Shown one piece after another: positions 1 through 12,833 of a DNA stretch of 64,000 nucleotides. The translations under genes and the position numbers were made by a program. The notes under the pieces are model-generated. The model did no database searches, was not told the DNA's origin, and worked only from the letters and a program-made list of their open reading frames with translations. This stretch comes from Candidatus Bathyarchaeota archaeon (GTDB lineage Archaea > Thermoproteota > Bathyarchaeia > Bathyarchaeales > DTEX01), in the NCBI GenBank assembly GCA_963714275.1, contig CAVQNT010000006.1, positions 480,788-544,787 of the forward strand, in the 5' to 3' direction. Numbering within the stretch: position 1 is the stretch's first letter; every line of letters begins with the position of its first letter.

Positions 1-2
1 CG

Positions 3-92
3 GGAGACGAGATGAATGCATTCAAAAAGGGGGTCGCAGTTAAAGTACGTAGAGGAGACTTGGAGAAAGTTAAAAAGCCTACGAAAAAATAG
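3..92 (+). CDS. 3' end of a PUA-domain protein (archaeosine TGT-associated PUA type), truncated by the window edge
   Basis: Own translation GDEMNAFKKGVAVKVRRGDLEKVKKPTKK*. EMxAFxxGVAVKVRRG is a typical archaeal PUA C-terminus. Confidence 0.6.
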   Translation, partial: GDEMNAFKKGVAVKVRRGDLEKVKKPTKK

Positions 93-116
93 TATGTGGC
101 AAGAGGAGTGTGTGAA

Positions 117-457
117 TTGAGGAAATTCAATCCTCGTGAAACAAGACGAATGATGCAACGTATGGGTTTAAACATGAACCAGTGGAAGTTGAGGAAGTCG
201 TCTTTCGGACAAAAGACAAGGAAATACGGCTCGAAAACCCAGAAGTCGCTGTTCTCGAAATGCAGGGACAAAAAATCTTCCAAGTCACAGGCGGACACAT
301 GACTGAGACATCTTTAGAAAAGAAACCCGCAATTCCCGATGAGGATGTGCAGCTTGTCGCCCAGCAAGCAAAAGTAACTCTTGAACGCGCACAAACCGCT
401 CTTGAACAGACAAACGGCGATTTGGCGCAAGCAATTCTACTGTTAAGTCAAGGTTAA
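117..457 (+). CDS. nac: Nascent polypeptide-associated complex protein (archaeal NAC), frameshift near 180
   Basis: NPRETRRMMQRMGLNM (frame of ORF 96..302) joins EEVVFRTKDKEI...IPDEDVQLVAQQAKV...GDLAQAILLL (UBA-like tail, ORF 182..457). Confidence 0.9.
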
Positions 458-822
458 TGAAGAAAGCATTGAGGACTTTTATTTATTCAGGATGCTAGTC
501 GCAATGATTTATGTTCTTTTGACCTTAACGGTTTTGTAATGTTCTCCAGTTATTCTGTATACGCTGAGTAGCCAGCCTTCCTTTTTCCTGCAACTTCCCG
601 TAGCCCAAAAGTCTTTTTTCAATTTCGTCCAGACCTTAGCATTTTATGTATCTTTGGTCTGAACCGAAGGTTAATTGGCTTGTGAACCCTAGGTCCATAC
701 CTAAAATCCTAAAAAAATAATCCAAATCTGCGTGTGTTTTCAGTAAGATTTAATAAATGCAGTCTTGTGAATTGTTTTTGAAAAATTACTATGATTGAAT
801 GTGTATGAGGAGGAAGTGAAAA

Positions 823-2461
823 GTGGCATATTTGACATCAACTCCTGAAGGACAACCTGTCCTCATTCTGAAGGAAGGGACTTCTAGAAGCAGAGGAAAA
901 GAAGCCCAAAAAAACAACATCACAGCTGCGTTGGCGGTTGCTGACACAATCAAAACTACTCTTGGTCCACGCGGAATGGATAAGATGCTCATCGACAGCA
1001 TGGGCGACATAACTATAACCAATGATGGCGCCACGATACTGGACGAGATCGACGTGGGGCATCCAGCTGCAAAAATGATGGTTGAAATTGCTAAGACCCA
1101 GGACGACATGGTCGGAGACGGCACAACAACAGTAGTAGTACTGTCAGGTGAACTGTTAAGGAAAGCGGAGGAACTTTTAGAACAGAACATTCATCCCACA
1201 GTGATAGTCAGCGGCTATCGAAAAGCCGTTAAAAAGGCTATAGAGGTTCTTGAAAAAGTTGCCATTCCCGTAGATTTGGGTGACCGAGAGACTCTTAAGA
1301 AGGTTGCCATGACCTCGATGCGGAGCAAAGCTGTTAGCCCAGCCAGAGACTTTCTGGCAGAAATAGCGATCGACGCAGTGAATCACGTATCAGAGAAACG
1401 GGGAGACAGTATGCTGGCGGACATAGACAACATTCAGGTAGTGAAGAAAGAGGGCAAAAGCATTCTCGACACTATGCTGGTTATGGGAGTGATCCTCGAC
1501 AAAGAGGTCGTTCACGCTGGTATGCCTAAACGCGTCGAAAAAGCAAAGATCGCATTGCTTAATGCCGCGTTAGAGATTAAAAAAACCGAGTTAAGTGCTG
1601 AAATAAGGATTCGTGACCCCACCCAGATGAAAGCTTTTCTCGACAAGGAGACGAGTATGCTCAGTGGAATGGTTGAGAAGATCGCTGCAGCAGGGACAAA
1701 CGTGCTAGTGTGCCAGAAGGGAATCGATGACATGGCTCAGCACTTCTTAGCGAAACACGGAGTTCTGGCTGTTCGAAGGGCAAAAGAATCTGATATGGAG
1801 AAACTTTCGAGGGCTACTGGAGGAAAAGTGGTCACAAACATTGATGACCTTAAACCTGGAGACCTTGGACACGCTGTCCTTGTTGAGGAACGAAAAATTG
1901 GCGACGACAAGATGGTCTTTGTGGAAGGATGCAAGGACCCGAAGTCTGTTTCTTTGCTTATTCGCGCAGGGCTCGAAAGGATGGTCGACGAAGCTGAAAG
2001 AGCCATGAAAGACGCGTTGTCCGTAGTCGCTGATGTGGTCGAAAAGAACAAAATTGTGGCTGGCGGCGGAGCAGTCGAAGCAGAGATCGCGAAAGAACTG
2101 CACAGGTACGCCTCGAAGGTTGGAGGAAGAGAACAGATGGCTATCTCAGCCTTTGCAGACGCAATGGAAGTTATCCCGAAAGCCCTTTCAGACAATGCTG
2201 GCTTAGAATCCATAGATGTTCTAGTCAACTTGAGGGCAGCACATGAAAAACCTAAGGGACAGTTCATGGGGGTCGACGTGTTCTCAGGCAAGATCGTAGA
2301 CATGTACGAGGAAGGCGTGCTTGAACCTCTCAGCGTGAAAGAACATGCGGTGAAGTCCGCTGCTGAGGTAGACTTCGGTGATTCTCAGAATTGACGACAT
2401 TGTGGCAGCTTCGAAGCCAAAGGAAAAGGGTCCAAGTAGTCTCCCAGAAGGAGAATACTAG
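823..2461 (+). CDS. ths: Thermosome (group II chaperonin) subunit, frameshift near 2370
   Basis: [19 protein letters not shown] and GDGTTT motifs. The conserved C-terminus [10 protein letters not shown]...EGEY* is in the shifted frame and ends at 2461. Confidence 0.96.
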
Positions 2462-2855
2462 ACAGCCACAACCTCTACTATTTTTATATCATCCATCATA
2501 TTTTTAGCGACGTAGGAATCCTGAATGGTTGAGATCAAGGAAGTACTAACCGCAAAGACATAATTTGAAAGAATCGGGGCGCATAAACATGTCAAATGAC
2601 TAGGCTTAAATAGCAAATTAGCGAGTGAGCTAAAACTCATGTACCATTAGTGTCTGGATTTATATTATTTGAATATAATTTGGAAATAAATCAATAATTT
2701 ATTGAATTATTACGAGCATAGTTCATAGACTAAAAGCCAATCATGATAATTCTCCTTAGGGATTTTTTTCTTACTGGGTAAAAAATTTAAATCCGTGCTC
2801 AGAAACAGTGTAATTACATATTATGAGCATACGCTGTAAGGAGTGGTTTGTGAAC

Positions 2856-3836
2856 ATGAAGGCACGTATTGCCACAATTTGTCATGGAGGAAACTTCCAC
2901 AATACCTTTGAGGAAAATCGCAAGCACGTTATGGGAGTCTTGGATCTCGCGCTTCGCCTGAAACCTGACTTGGTTTGTCTCCCTGAAGCCTTCACAACAG
3001 CCTCCGTGAGTGACAAGTCACTTACCGAATTTTTCGAGCCCGTCCCTGGTCCGACAACCGATGCTGTCGCGGAGAGAGCAAAGGAACACGGTTGTTACGT
3101 CATTTGTCCCATCAAGGTACGGCGCGACTCGAAACTGTGGAACTCGGCGATTGTCATAGGCAGGTCAGGCGAGATTGTCGGCACATACGACAAGGTTCAT
3201 CCAGTCACCAGTTCAAGCGACTACACGGTGTTTGAAGAAAGGATAACACCGGGAAGAGAGTTCCCCATTTTCGACTTGGACTTTGGACGAGTTGGAATCC
3301 AGATTTGCTTCGACATCGGTTTCCCGGAGGGTTGGAACGAATTAGCCCAGAAGGGAGCCAAACTGGTTTTTTGGCCATCAGCGTATAATGGAGGGTTTCC
3401 GCTTCAGGTTTATGCGTGGCTGCACCACTATTATGTCGTGTCTTCGGTTTCCTCCGATAAATCCAGAATCATTGACCCTTGCGGAGTGATTCTTGCCGAA
3501 ACGGATCAGCACGTGAACGTCGTCTGCCGCGACATTAACCTGGACTACGCCGTTTCGCATTATGATTTCAACTATAGCATCCCAGACAGAATCATGAAGG
3601 CTTATCCAGACCGCGTGGAGGTGCGGTCTCATCTGGATGAAGGTCACTTTCTGTTGGAACCTGTCGATGACGCCATAACGACAAAGCAGCTTCAACAGGA
3701 ATTTGGTTTCGAGTCCGTTTTCCAGTATTTTCAGCGGCACCGAGAAGCATACGAGTCAATTCACCGAGGAAAATTGCCTGTTCCTCAAAGGGCGCTGCAC
3801 GGGGACAGACCTCAGTACTCAAAAGAAGACGAGTAG
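2856..3836 (+). CDS. Carbon-nitrogen hydrolase (nitrilase superfamily)
   Basis: Glu-Lys-Cys triad motifs LVCLPEAF, YDKVH, IQICFD. Confidence 0.9.
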   Translation: MKARIATICHGGNFHNTFEENRKHVMGVLDLALRLKPDLVCLPEAFTTASVSDKSLTEFFEPVPGPTTDAVAERAKEHGCYVICPIKVRRDSKLWNSAIVIGRSGEIVGTYDKVHPVTSSSDYTVFEERITPGREFPIFDLDFGRVGIQICFDIGFPEGWNELAQKGAKLVFWPSAYNGGFPLQVYAWLHHYYVVSSVSSDKSRIIDPCGVILAETDQHVNVVCRDINLDYAVSHYDFNYSIPDRIMKAYPDRVEVRSHLDEGHFLLEPVDDAITTKQLQQEFGFESVFQYFQRHREAYESIHRGKLPVPQRALHGDRPQYSKEDE

Positions 3837-3932
3837 CTACGAAACGTGTAAAACTGATAAATTGATTGAAGGAAGCAAAGAACCTTTAACGACAACAATA
3901 AAATATATTGCATATTACGTGACTAAATCCGT

Positions 3933-5187
3933 GTGAATGGTATGAAGACAATCGTTGAGGAAAGAAAGGAAACCGAGGTCGCTGCTGAAGTTGACGTGGT
4001 GGTAGCTGGCGGAGGACCAGCTGGCTTAGCAGCAGCAGTCGCAGCTGCCAGAAACGGGGCTGACACTATTCTGGTTGAACGTTACGGGTACCTCGGCGGA
4101 CTGGCTACAGGAGGACTCGTCATATGTTTGGTCGAAACAGACAGGTATGGCTACGGGATATGCCAAGAAGTGATTGACGGTCTTTGCGATTTGAAAGCTG
4201 CAAAGTTGAACAGAGCCAGTGGCGAAACGCCTCGTTGGGTGGAAGGAGCTAGTTTCAGTGGCGAGGAATCTTGGAGCTTTGACCCTCAAGCTTTAAAATA
4301 CGTGGCAGACAAGATGGTGACCGAATCTGGTGCAGACCTTCTGTTTCATTCATATGTTGCTACTTCTGTCGTGAAGGAGAAGAAGGTTCAAGGATTAATT
4401 GTTGAAGGGAAATCTGGAAGACAGGCTATTTTAGGCAAGGTTGTAGTAGACACAACTGGAGACGCTGATGTAGCAGCAGCCTCTGGTGCCCCCTTCAATC
4501 TGGACAGGCATCCATGGGGGATAAACCTCGAATGTAGAATCGGTAATGTCGATATTGAAAAAGCCCTTGAATGGAAAAGAGAGAACCAAAAGACTTTCGA
4601 AAAGCTCATGAAGGAACTTGGAAAGGACGTCGGAATCATAGGCTGGGGAGGAGATGTCAACAGGGGCATTGTTTGGAGTCACGGTCCACACTCCTATGAA
4701 GCTGATGGATTGAATACTAAGCACCTATCAAAGATCGAAATAGATTCAAGAAAGAAGATTATTGAAGCCCTAAAGTTTTACAGAAAAAATGTGTCTGGAT
4801 TCGAAGCAGACTTTCGTGTTAGAGTTTGCTCCCCAAATCGGCGTACGCGAAACACGTCGCATAATGGGAGAGTATACTCTAACTAAAGAAGATGCGGTTG
4901 CTGGAAGAATATTCGACGATGCGGTCGCAAACGGACCATTCGGCATTCCTTACCGATGCTTGGTTCCCAGAGAAGTTGACGGACTCCTAGTGGCAGGAAG
5001 GTGCATATCCACAACGCATGAAGCCCAAGGTATCATAAGGAACATCCCACCTTGCCTCATAACTGGCCAAGCAGCAGGCACAGCCGCAGCCCTCGCAGCT
5101 AAAAAAGGTGTCAAACCCCGAAAACTGGATGTCCGCCTTTTGAGAGAAGCCCTTAAAAAACAGGGCGTTAAGATAAAGGCTTCATGA
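3933..5187 (+). CDS. FAD-dependent oxidoreductase (FAD_oxidored family), frameshift near 4805
   Basis: DVVVAGGGPAG, VVDTTGDAD, then IGVRETRRIMG, IPYRCLVP, LLVAGRCIS and GQAAGTAAAL across ORFs 3933..4886 and 4789..5187. Confidence 0.9.
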
Positions 5188-5250
5188 AATACGTATGTTT
5201 GATTCCCCGATTGTTATTGTTTATATGATCTCTTATGCTCATTGAAAGTC

Positions 5251-5700
5251 ATGCCAGCATTCGATAAACGCAAAAAAGCTGCCATCAGTTGGGCTTTAAG
5301 CAGGCTCGAATCGACCGAATACAGAATTTAGTGTTTGGGCTTTGTTGAAGACGCCTACGAGAAGGGTGCAGGCGTAGAATTCGCAGGATTCTACTTTGCT
5401 AAGGAGGCAGCAGACAAACTCGACGCTGGACGAAACACGGGTATTCCCACTCTTGGAGCCTTTGTTTTCTACGATTGTTGGGGAACCATAAACGGAAAAT
5501 ACCGTAACTGGGGGCATGTTGGACTGTCGATTGGTGAAGGAAAGGTGGTTCACGCTTGGGACAAGGTTCGTGTCGACAATTACTTAGATGTTCAGAACCT
5601 GCAAGCAGCAGAAGGATGGACAAATCCCCAGTATGTTGGGTGGGCTCCAGTAGAGGAGTATCCACGCGCCAAAAAACATGACAAAAATTCAAACAAGTAA
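5251..5700 (+). CDS. NlpC/P60-family (papain-like) protein with an in-frame TAG at 5329-5331
   Basis: ATG 5251 is in frame with ORF 5335..5700: ...AISWALSRLESTEYRI*CLGFVEDAYE...WGHVGLSIGEGKVVHAW (Cys, His, His catalytic pattern). Confidence 0.7.
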
Positions 5701-5709
5701 TACGAGTTT

Positions 5710-6423
5710 CTACAGGTTTTTCTTTAGTGGGCAGTTCATTGTCACTCTCAGCATTTCCGCGTAATAGTCTTTTCCGGACTTTGCTTTGAGCGGACGTTCG
5801 AGCCTGAAGTCTGCTTCGACGTTTGCTTCTCTGCAGACTTCTCGTAAGGGACAGACATGGCAACGAACGACCCGTGAAACCTGCGTGCTAGTTATGACGG
5901 GAATGGGCTTCGCAGGCGCAGCAAGCATTGTTTCTTCTTGGGTATTGAAGGACTTTAGAAGGAATATGAGTATGGTTAAGCCCATGAGGAAGTCGCCTAC
6001 TTTAACATAAAAAGTCGATGCCGTCACAAGAAACCAATTGCTGAGCGTCGCCCCTTGAAGATAGGCTAACACAAAACTAGCAACGAAAAAAGTCAGTAAT
6101 GCAAATGACGCGAACTTAAAAATTTTTTCACGGAGTCTCCAAATGCTGAATAATGCTATGAGCCCAAGGACCATCAAGCCCAGATTAATGATTGCCCCAA
6201 GAATGCTGGGTAATGAAGCCGAGGTGAGACTTAAAATCTGCTGGACAATTGTAGAGACTCTAAATCCCGTTGAGGTTGCCCTAACTGTGCCCCAGTATCC
6301 GCCAAAAGCGAACGTTTGGGTTCCAGCTTGGTTTATCTGAAACCACCCAACTGCTAAGGCGACAACGAGGAGAATGGCCCCTATCTTAAGCCACATGTTT
6401 AACTTTTTTTCCTGCAAGGGCAT
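5710..6423 (-). CDS. Multi-pass membrane protein with a C-terminal Cys cluster
   Basis: Several hydrophobic helices, then RCHVCPLREVC...MNCPL. Likely start MPLQEKK. Confidence 0.6.
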   Translation of the reverse strand: MPLQEKKLNMWLKIGAILLVVALAVGWFQINQAGTQTFAFGGYWGTVRATSTGFRVSTIVQQILSLTSASLPSILGAIINLGLMVLGLIALFSIWRLREKIFKFASFALLTFFVASFVLAYLQGATLSNWFLVTASTFYVKVGDFLMGLTILIFLLKSFNTQEETMLAAPAKPIPVITSTQVSRVVRCHVCPLREVCREANVEADFRLERPLKAKSGKDYYAEMLRVTMNCPLKKNL

Positions 6424-6507
6424 TGTTGACCTGTGGGCGAATTGTTCGCTCAATTTTACTGCTCCTTTTATGGTTTGTATTTTAGGTAGCATTCGGATTT
6501 AAGCCTA

Positions 6508-7668
6508 ATGAGTTTCCCGAAAAACATTAAATATTGTGCGGTCCTATCTTCCTTTTGTTTCCCGTTAAAGGCACAGTCTGGTGTTCAGCGAGCATTGAAA
6601 ACATGCATTACGTATCATGAAAAGTTTCAGCAGTATGACCTAGGAGCCAACCATCCCTTCAGAGGTGACCGTTTTGTCAAGGCGAAGGTTTTTTTTGACG
6701 AAAAAGGATTGATGCAGTCACCGGACACCATGCTCATTCATCCCAACCCGATAGAACGAACAGGATTACTTAAGGTGCACACGGAGGAATACGTGGACCT
6801 CATTTACCGTCTGGCTGAACTGGGCAAACCATACGACATTGACACTCCTGTCTCCAAAAACATCGTTGAGGGACTAACTTACATCATCGGCGGAGTAGTC
6901 GAGGCGGGAACAGTTCTTTTTGAAGGCAAAGCTGACCGAGCTGTTGCTTTAGGAGGAGGCTTTCACCATGCGGGCAAGGATTATGGTGGCGGATTCTGCC
7001 TTTTCAACGATATCGCAGTTTTGGTTGAGCATCTCCGCGAAAAATTTAATCTACGCCGTTTTCTCGTCTTGGATTATGATGTGCATTTCGGGAACGGCAC
7101 AAGCGACATTTACTATAAAGATCCATGCGTGCTTTTCATCTCGTTGCATCAGGACCCTCACACGATCTTTCCGGGAAGAGGATTCGTCAATGAAATCGGC
7201 GAAGGAGAAGGAGAGGGCTTCAACGTCAATGTCCCACTTCCCATGAGGACAGGTGAACAGGCATACCTCTACGCGCTGAGAGACGTTTTTCCTCTGCTTG
7301 CTGAGGAGTTTAAGCCCGACATCATCATAGCGAATGGTGGAAGCGATGCTCACTTCGCTGACCACTTGGGCAGTCTCGGATTGACAGCTAAGGGATTCTT
7401 CGAGATATCCAGAATCATATCTGAAGTCTCAAAAAAGGTATGCAGCGGGAAAACCATTCTACTAATTACGAGTGGCTACAACATCTCAGTTTTGCCATAT
7501 TCTTGGTATGCTTTAGCATCTGGGATCGCTGAATACGAGCTTAATAAAGATGCGATTGAGGACTATTACCCTGCACCTCGTGACCCGTACCAGAACCAAC
7601 GCGAGGTCGAAGCGATAGTGAAGGAGCTTAAAGGGATTTTGAAACAGTATTGGAACTGTTTTCGGTGA
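6508..7668 (+). CDS. Histone deacetylase family / AcuC-like protein
   Basis: GGFHHA, GGFCLFNDIA, LDYDVHFGNGT, SLHQ, FPGRG, GSDAH motifs. The true start is probably downstream of 6508. Confidence 0.93.
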   Translation: MSFPKNIKYCAVLSSFCFPLKAQSGVQRALKTCITYHEKFQQYDLGANHPFRGDRFVKAKVFFDEKGLMQSPDTMLIHPNPIERTGLLKVHTEEYVDLIYRLAELGKPYDIDTPVSKNIVEGLTYIIGGVVEAGTVLFEGKADRAVALGGGFHHAGKDYGGGFCLFNDIAVLVEHLREKFNLRRFLVLDYDVHFGNGTSDIYYKDPCVLFISLHQDPHTIFPGRGFVNEIGEGEGEGFNVNVPLPMRTGEQAYLYALRDVFPLLAEEFKPDIIIANGGSDAHFADHLGSLGLTAKGFFEISRIISEVSKKVCSGKTILLITSGYNISVLPYSWYALASGIAEYELNKDAIEDYYPAPRDPYQNQREVEAIVKELKGILKQYWNCFR

Positions 7669-7686
7669 AGCACAATCAATCATTGC

Positions 7687-8259
7687 CTATAAATATTTCA
7701 CCAGTTTCAATGTCTCTCTGAATTCTGGTGTTCCCGCCTTCTTGAGTAATTCGTAAATGAGCATCTCGGCTGAAACGACCGTTACTCCGCTTTGTCTCAT
7801 CCGCTGGATTGCTGTGGCTTTGTCTTCTAGTTTCCTCGAAGACGTCGCATCCTCGACAATGCACATTCTGAAGCCATTTTCTAATCCCTCAATAGCAGTC
7901 TGGGTTACGCAAATGTGTGTCTCTATTCCCGATAGTATGAGCGTCTTAACTTGGATTCTTGTAAAGGTTTCTCTGAATTTCTGTGAGCCGAAGCAGCTGA
8001 ACTCTAGTTTCTCTATGGGCTGAAGATTTGGGACAAGTCCCTTAATTTGGGGTATCGTCTGCCCTAAGCCCTTTGGGTATTGTTCAGTCAAAATTACGGG
8101 AATTTTCATGATATGTGCAAACTGTATGAGCTTAACCAGATTCTCTGTGAGTTTTTCTTTTTCAGCCATATGAGCGAAAAGTTTTTCTTGGACATCAATT
8201 ACGACTAGGGCTGCTGCTTCCTTAGAAACCAATCCTGTCCTCATTTTCGCCTTCACCAA
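7687..8259 (-). CDS. Isochorismatase-family cysteine hydrolase (YcaC/ISOC-like)
   Basis: LVVIDVQEKL, TEQYPKGLG, KLEFSC, GIETHICVTQT. Confidence 0.92.
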   Translation of the reverse strand: MVKAKMRTGLVSKEAAALVVIDVQEKLFAHMAEKEKLTENLVKLIQFAHIMKIPVILTEQYPKGLGQTIPQIKGLVPNLQPIEKLEFSCFGSQKFRETFTRIQVKTLILSGIETHICVTQTAIEGLENGFRMCIVEDATSSRKLEDKATAIQRMRQSGVTVVSAEMLIYELLKKAGTPEFRETLKLVKYL

Positions 8260-8455
8260 TAATCAGCATATACATAATTATCTACTACAATTGTCTCATT
8301 AAAGCCTATTCAACACTTCATCATTCTTTTTCAAATACTCAAAAATTCCGTGTGCATAAAGAATGGCACCCATTCAAGACACAGTGGCACGATGTAAAAT
8401 GACTTGTTTAGAAAACTTATATACTCATGTTCTCCACGAGTCTTTTGTGAGATAG

Positions 8456-9004
8456 ATGGATTTAGACCAAGCGCTCAGGGGAAGAAGAAGCGTTCGGGAC
8501 TACCTTGACAAAAGCGTCCTAGAAAATCTTGTAAGACAAATAATCGAGGCTGCCACCTTGGCTCCTTCAGCGAAGAACGGTCAGCAATGGCGGTTCATGG
8601 TGCTCACGGACAACGCGAAAAAGGAGTTAACTGACCTCTTCAGGCGTGAACTGGAAAAGGTTTCAGAAAGAATCGGACGCGAAAAGATGGGTTCTTCTTT
8701 CTCGTCATGCAGCATAATGGAAAAGGCGCCAGTCGTGATAATGGTTTGGAACGCTGGAGAAAAAGGCTGGGAAACCGAAGTTCACAGCGTAGCAGCCGCA
8801 ATTCAGAACATGCTGCTTAAAGCCCATGATTTAGGATTAGGCACAGTATGGATCGGCGGCATCTTCTACACGATCAAAGCCTTAGAACGTCAAATCCGAA
8901 AGCATTGGAAGCTGACAGCAGCTGTAGCACTCGGATGGCCAGCCAAAAGTCCGAAGATGCCCTTAAGAAAAACAGTTGACGAAGTCGCCGAGTTTCTAAG
9001 CTAA
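8456..9004 (+). CDS. Nitroreductase family protein
   Basis: RRSVRDY, APSAKNGQQWRF, AAIQNMLLKAHDLGLGTVWIG. Confidence 0.93.
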   Translation: MDLDQALRGRRSVRDYLDKSVLENLVRQIIEAATLAPSAKNGQQWRFMVLTDNAKKELTDLFRRELEKVSERIGREKMGSSFSSCSIMEKAPVVIMVWNAGEKGWETEVHSVAAAIQNMLLKAHDLGLGTVWIGGIFYTIKALERQIRKHWKLTAAVALGWPAKSPKMPLRKTVDEVAEFLS

Positions 9005-9465
9005 CATCCATCCTATTTCTATATGAATGTATGGTCAAGCGTTCCTGTTAAGTATGTTCTGTTCATCAACTGAATCTGCATTTTAAATAACACACAACAT
9101 TGCCCAGACTCGTTCTATTTCATGGCGCACTTGCTCTGTTGTTTTAGGCACAAACATAGATAACATGTCTATTTCGTAACTTGCAAAGATTTTTATTTAT
9201 ACAGCAATATTTTATTAGAAAAAATCTATATAATTTTCTGTCTCATTCGCTTCATTTCCGAATGTGATGATCTCTTTCAAAAGAAGTTTAGGGAGTGAGA
9301 GTTAAAGAATGATAGTAGAGAAAAGACAGTCAATTGAAATCTTAATTAATGAAGAAGCTCTTATTATTCGCTAGGTATCTAAGAAACGAAAAAAATATAT
9401 GGCTTCCTAGAATTCCATAGGACATTAGCACACGCTAATTAGAACATGGGGCTGGATTTGATTTA

Positions 9466-10691
9466 ATGAAAAAAGAGAAACTACTCGAAAAAATAACCAA
9501 TCAATATCTCGGATCCAGAGATTTCAATGGATTACCTCTTTCTGTTTTCAAATCTGAGAAGGAGAACATTATAGCCCTAGTACGCGAGGGTAAGATCGAA
9601 ATCATTTCGGGACAAGCATCCTAATCCACATATAAAAGCCTTTGAACTGGACGACAAGGATGCACAAATCCTCAAAATCGAGAGCATCGGGTTCGAATAT
9701 GCCTGCGCATATCCAACAAAAGAGCATCTTAAAAGAGTGGTTAACATCGACGAATTCAAAGACAGACCGTTCACTTTAAAAATTGCGTTGGGAGAACCCG
9801 TGCTAAACTACGCTGTCTTTGATCTGAGCATCCTAAGAATCTTACAGAAACGATCCCCGTTACATCTATTCTATTGATGACATACAAGGGTGGATTTCCG
9901 TTTCCGATGAGTATTACCAATCTTTGAAGATGAAACCTTCAGACAAGATTGTGCTCCAGTCTTTCGGCTTCTGCTTCGAGAAAGGTACTATGAATCGTGC
10001 TGTCGCTGTTTTTTACAGATATTTGGCGAATTTGACCCCAGAACACCAACAAATATGGAGTAGCAAAATCCTAACAGGAGAATATTTCTTGCATCCTGAT
10101 TACGCAAGGAGTTCGGGGGGAATTTCTATGAAAAAGAGTCTATATTTGTTGCCTTTGTTGAAGAACTGCATACAATCAACGAGTTTTCGAAATTGATGGG
10201 ATCGTCCTATCCTTTTCCATGAGAGTTACAGAGAAAATAAACCAAAGGAATTTGGCTTCTTGATTCGCCCCACTCTCAAAGAGTTCAACTCGTTTATTCA
10301 TTTGCTAGACAAGATGATTTCTGAGAATGTTAACAAGGATTTCTTCCAACATGAAATACCTTACGAGACAGAAACAAAAAGATCTGATGGCAGAATAATT
10401 GTCAAAGAAAAAGGAACAATTGCCTTGCTTAAAGAATGGCTAGGGATTAAAGTCAAAACACCAGACCCAAAACCTATAGATGAAATGATTCAGACTTTTC
10501 TAAAGATTAGAAAAATGAGAATGAAGCCAGCTCACAAAGTGGATGAGGATAGATTTGAACAAGAATATTTGAAAGAACAAAGAAAACTCATAATTGAAGC
10601 ATATTATGCAATTAGAACGCTGAGACTTATTTTTGCAAATCATCCTAAAACGAAATCTTATGTAATGCCAGAATGGCTATTCAAAGGATGA
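9466..10691 (+). CDS. Putative HEPN-domain protein (possible defence RNase), split by several frameshifts
   Basis: Segments from ATG 9466: YLGSRDFNGLP...NPHIKAF...YRNDPRY...RYLANLTPEHQQIW...LIRPTLKEF...LDKMISEN...KIRKMRMKPAH (R-X4-H). AT-richer than its neighbours. Confidence 0.6.
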
Positions 10692-10837
10692 TAGTTTTGG
10701 CTTATCTAGTTCTATTTGTTATTGTGCGCGTGATTGTTTATTTGGATTGATAAGAGAGAGAGTATGTATGTGAGTGAATGAGAGAACGGAAAATAAAAGT
10801 AAATTAGTGTTTGGGTGATTAAATTTTAATGCACACA

Positions 10838-10890
10838 TAAAAAAAACTGCAGAACAACAAAAAACAACAAAAAGTCACTAAAAGTGACCA
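10838..10890 (-). terminator. Probable terminator downstream of the 16S rRNA
   Basis: Minus strand reads GTCAC-TTTTA-GTGAC hairpin followed by long T-rich tracts. Confidence 0.5.
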
Positions 10891-10920
10891 ATTTTAATTT
10901 CAATACTAATTTTTTTTGGT

Positions 10921-12513
<1,593 letters not shown>

Positions 12514-12676
12514 TATCTTGGATCTAAGTCCAATGCTCAGATCTGCATTTTTTGTTTCCGCAACTGGAGGTCAACTCTTCATTCTGAGGCTTGTTGCCTC
12601 GATGGTCTGAGTTGACGCCGCATTCGCGTATTGCGGTTTTGAGTCTGTTCGCTCAAGTTAGCATCTATACGAACAA

Positions 12677-12690
12677 CTTAATAAACTTTC
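12677..12690 (-). promoter_or_regulatory. BRE/TATA promoter of the 16S transcript
   Basis: Minus strand GAAAG-TTTATTAAG, upstream of a GC-rich structured leader (about 12558-12636). Confidence 0.6.
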
Positions 12691-12833
12691 TTTTAGGGAT
12701 TTTTGCTGTGTAAATGTAGGTTTAAACGTTTTTGCTTGGTCTGTTTTGCGGCGCACCTATGTTGTTTTGGGGCGTAAACGTGAAGAAACATCTAAGTTCA
12801 TGTATATACTATTTCTGAGTTTAGTGGTTTCGT

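Noticed and set aside
789-2303. Antisense ORFs over the thermosome gene, and similar shadow ORFs across the window
   Set aside because: They are shadows of well-supported genes and have no motifs of their own.
9686-9700. GGGTTCGAAT resembling a tRNA T-arm
   Set aside because: It lies within the coding frame of the HEPN-like gene and has no surrounding cloverleaf.
10750-10790. GA/GT-rich low-complexity tract
   Set aside because: Simple sequence between convergent transcription units, with no periodic unit.
12558-12636. GC-rich multi-stem structure that could be a tRNA or separate ncRNA
   Set aside because: No TTCG T-loop or tRNA cloverleaf consensus. Its position between the promoter and 16S fits a pre-rRNA leader.
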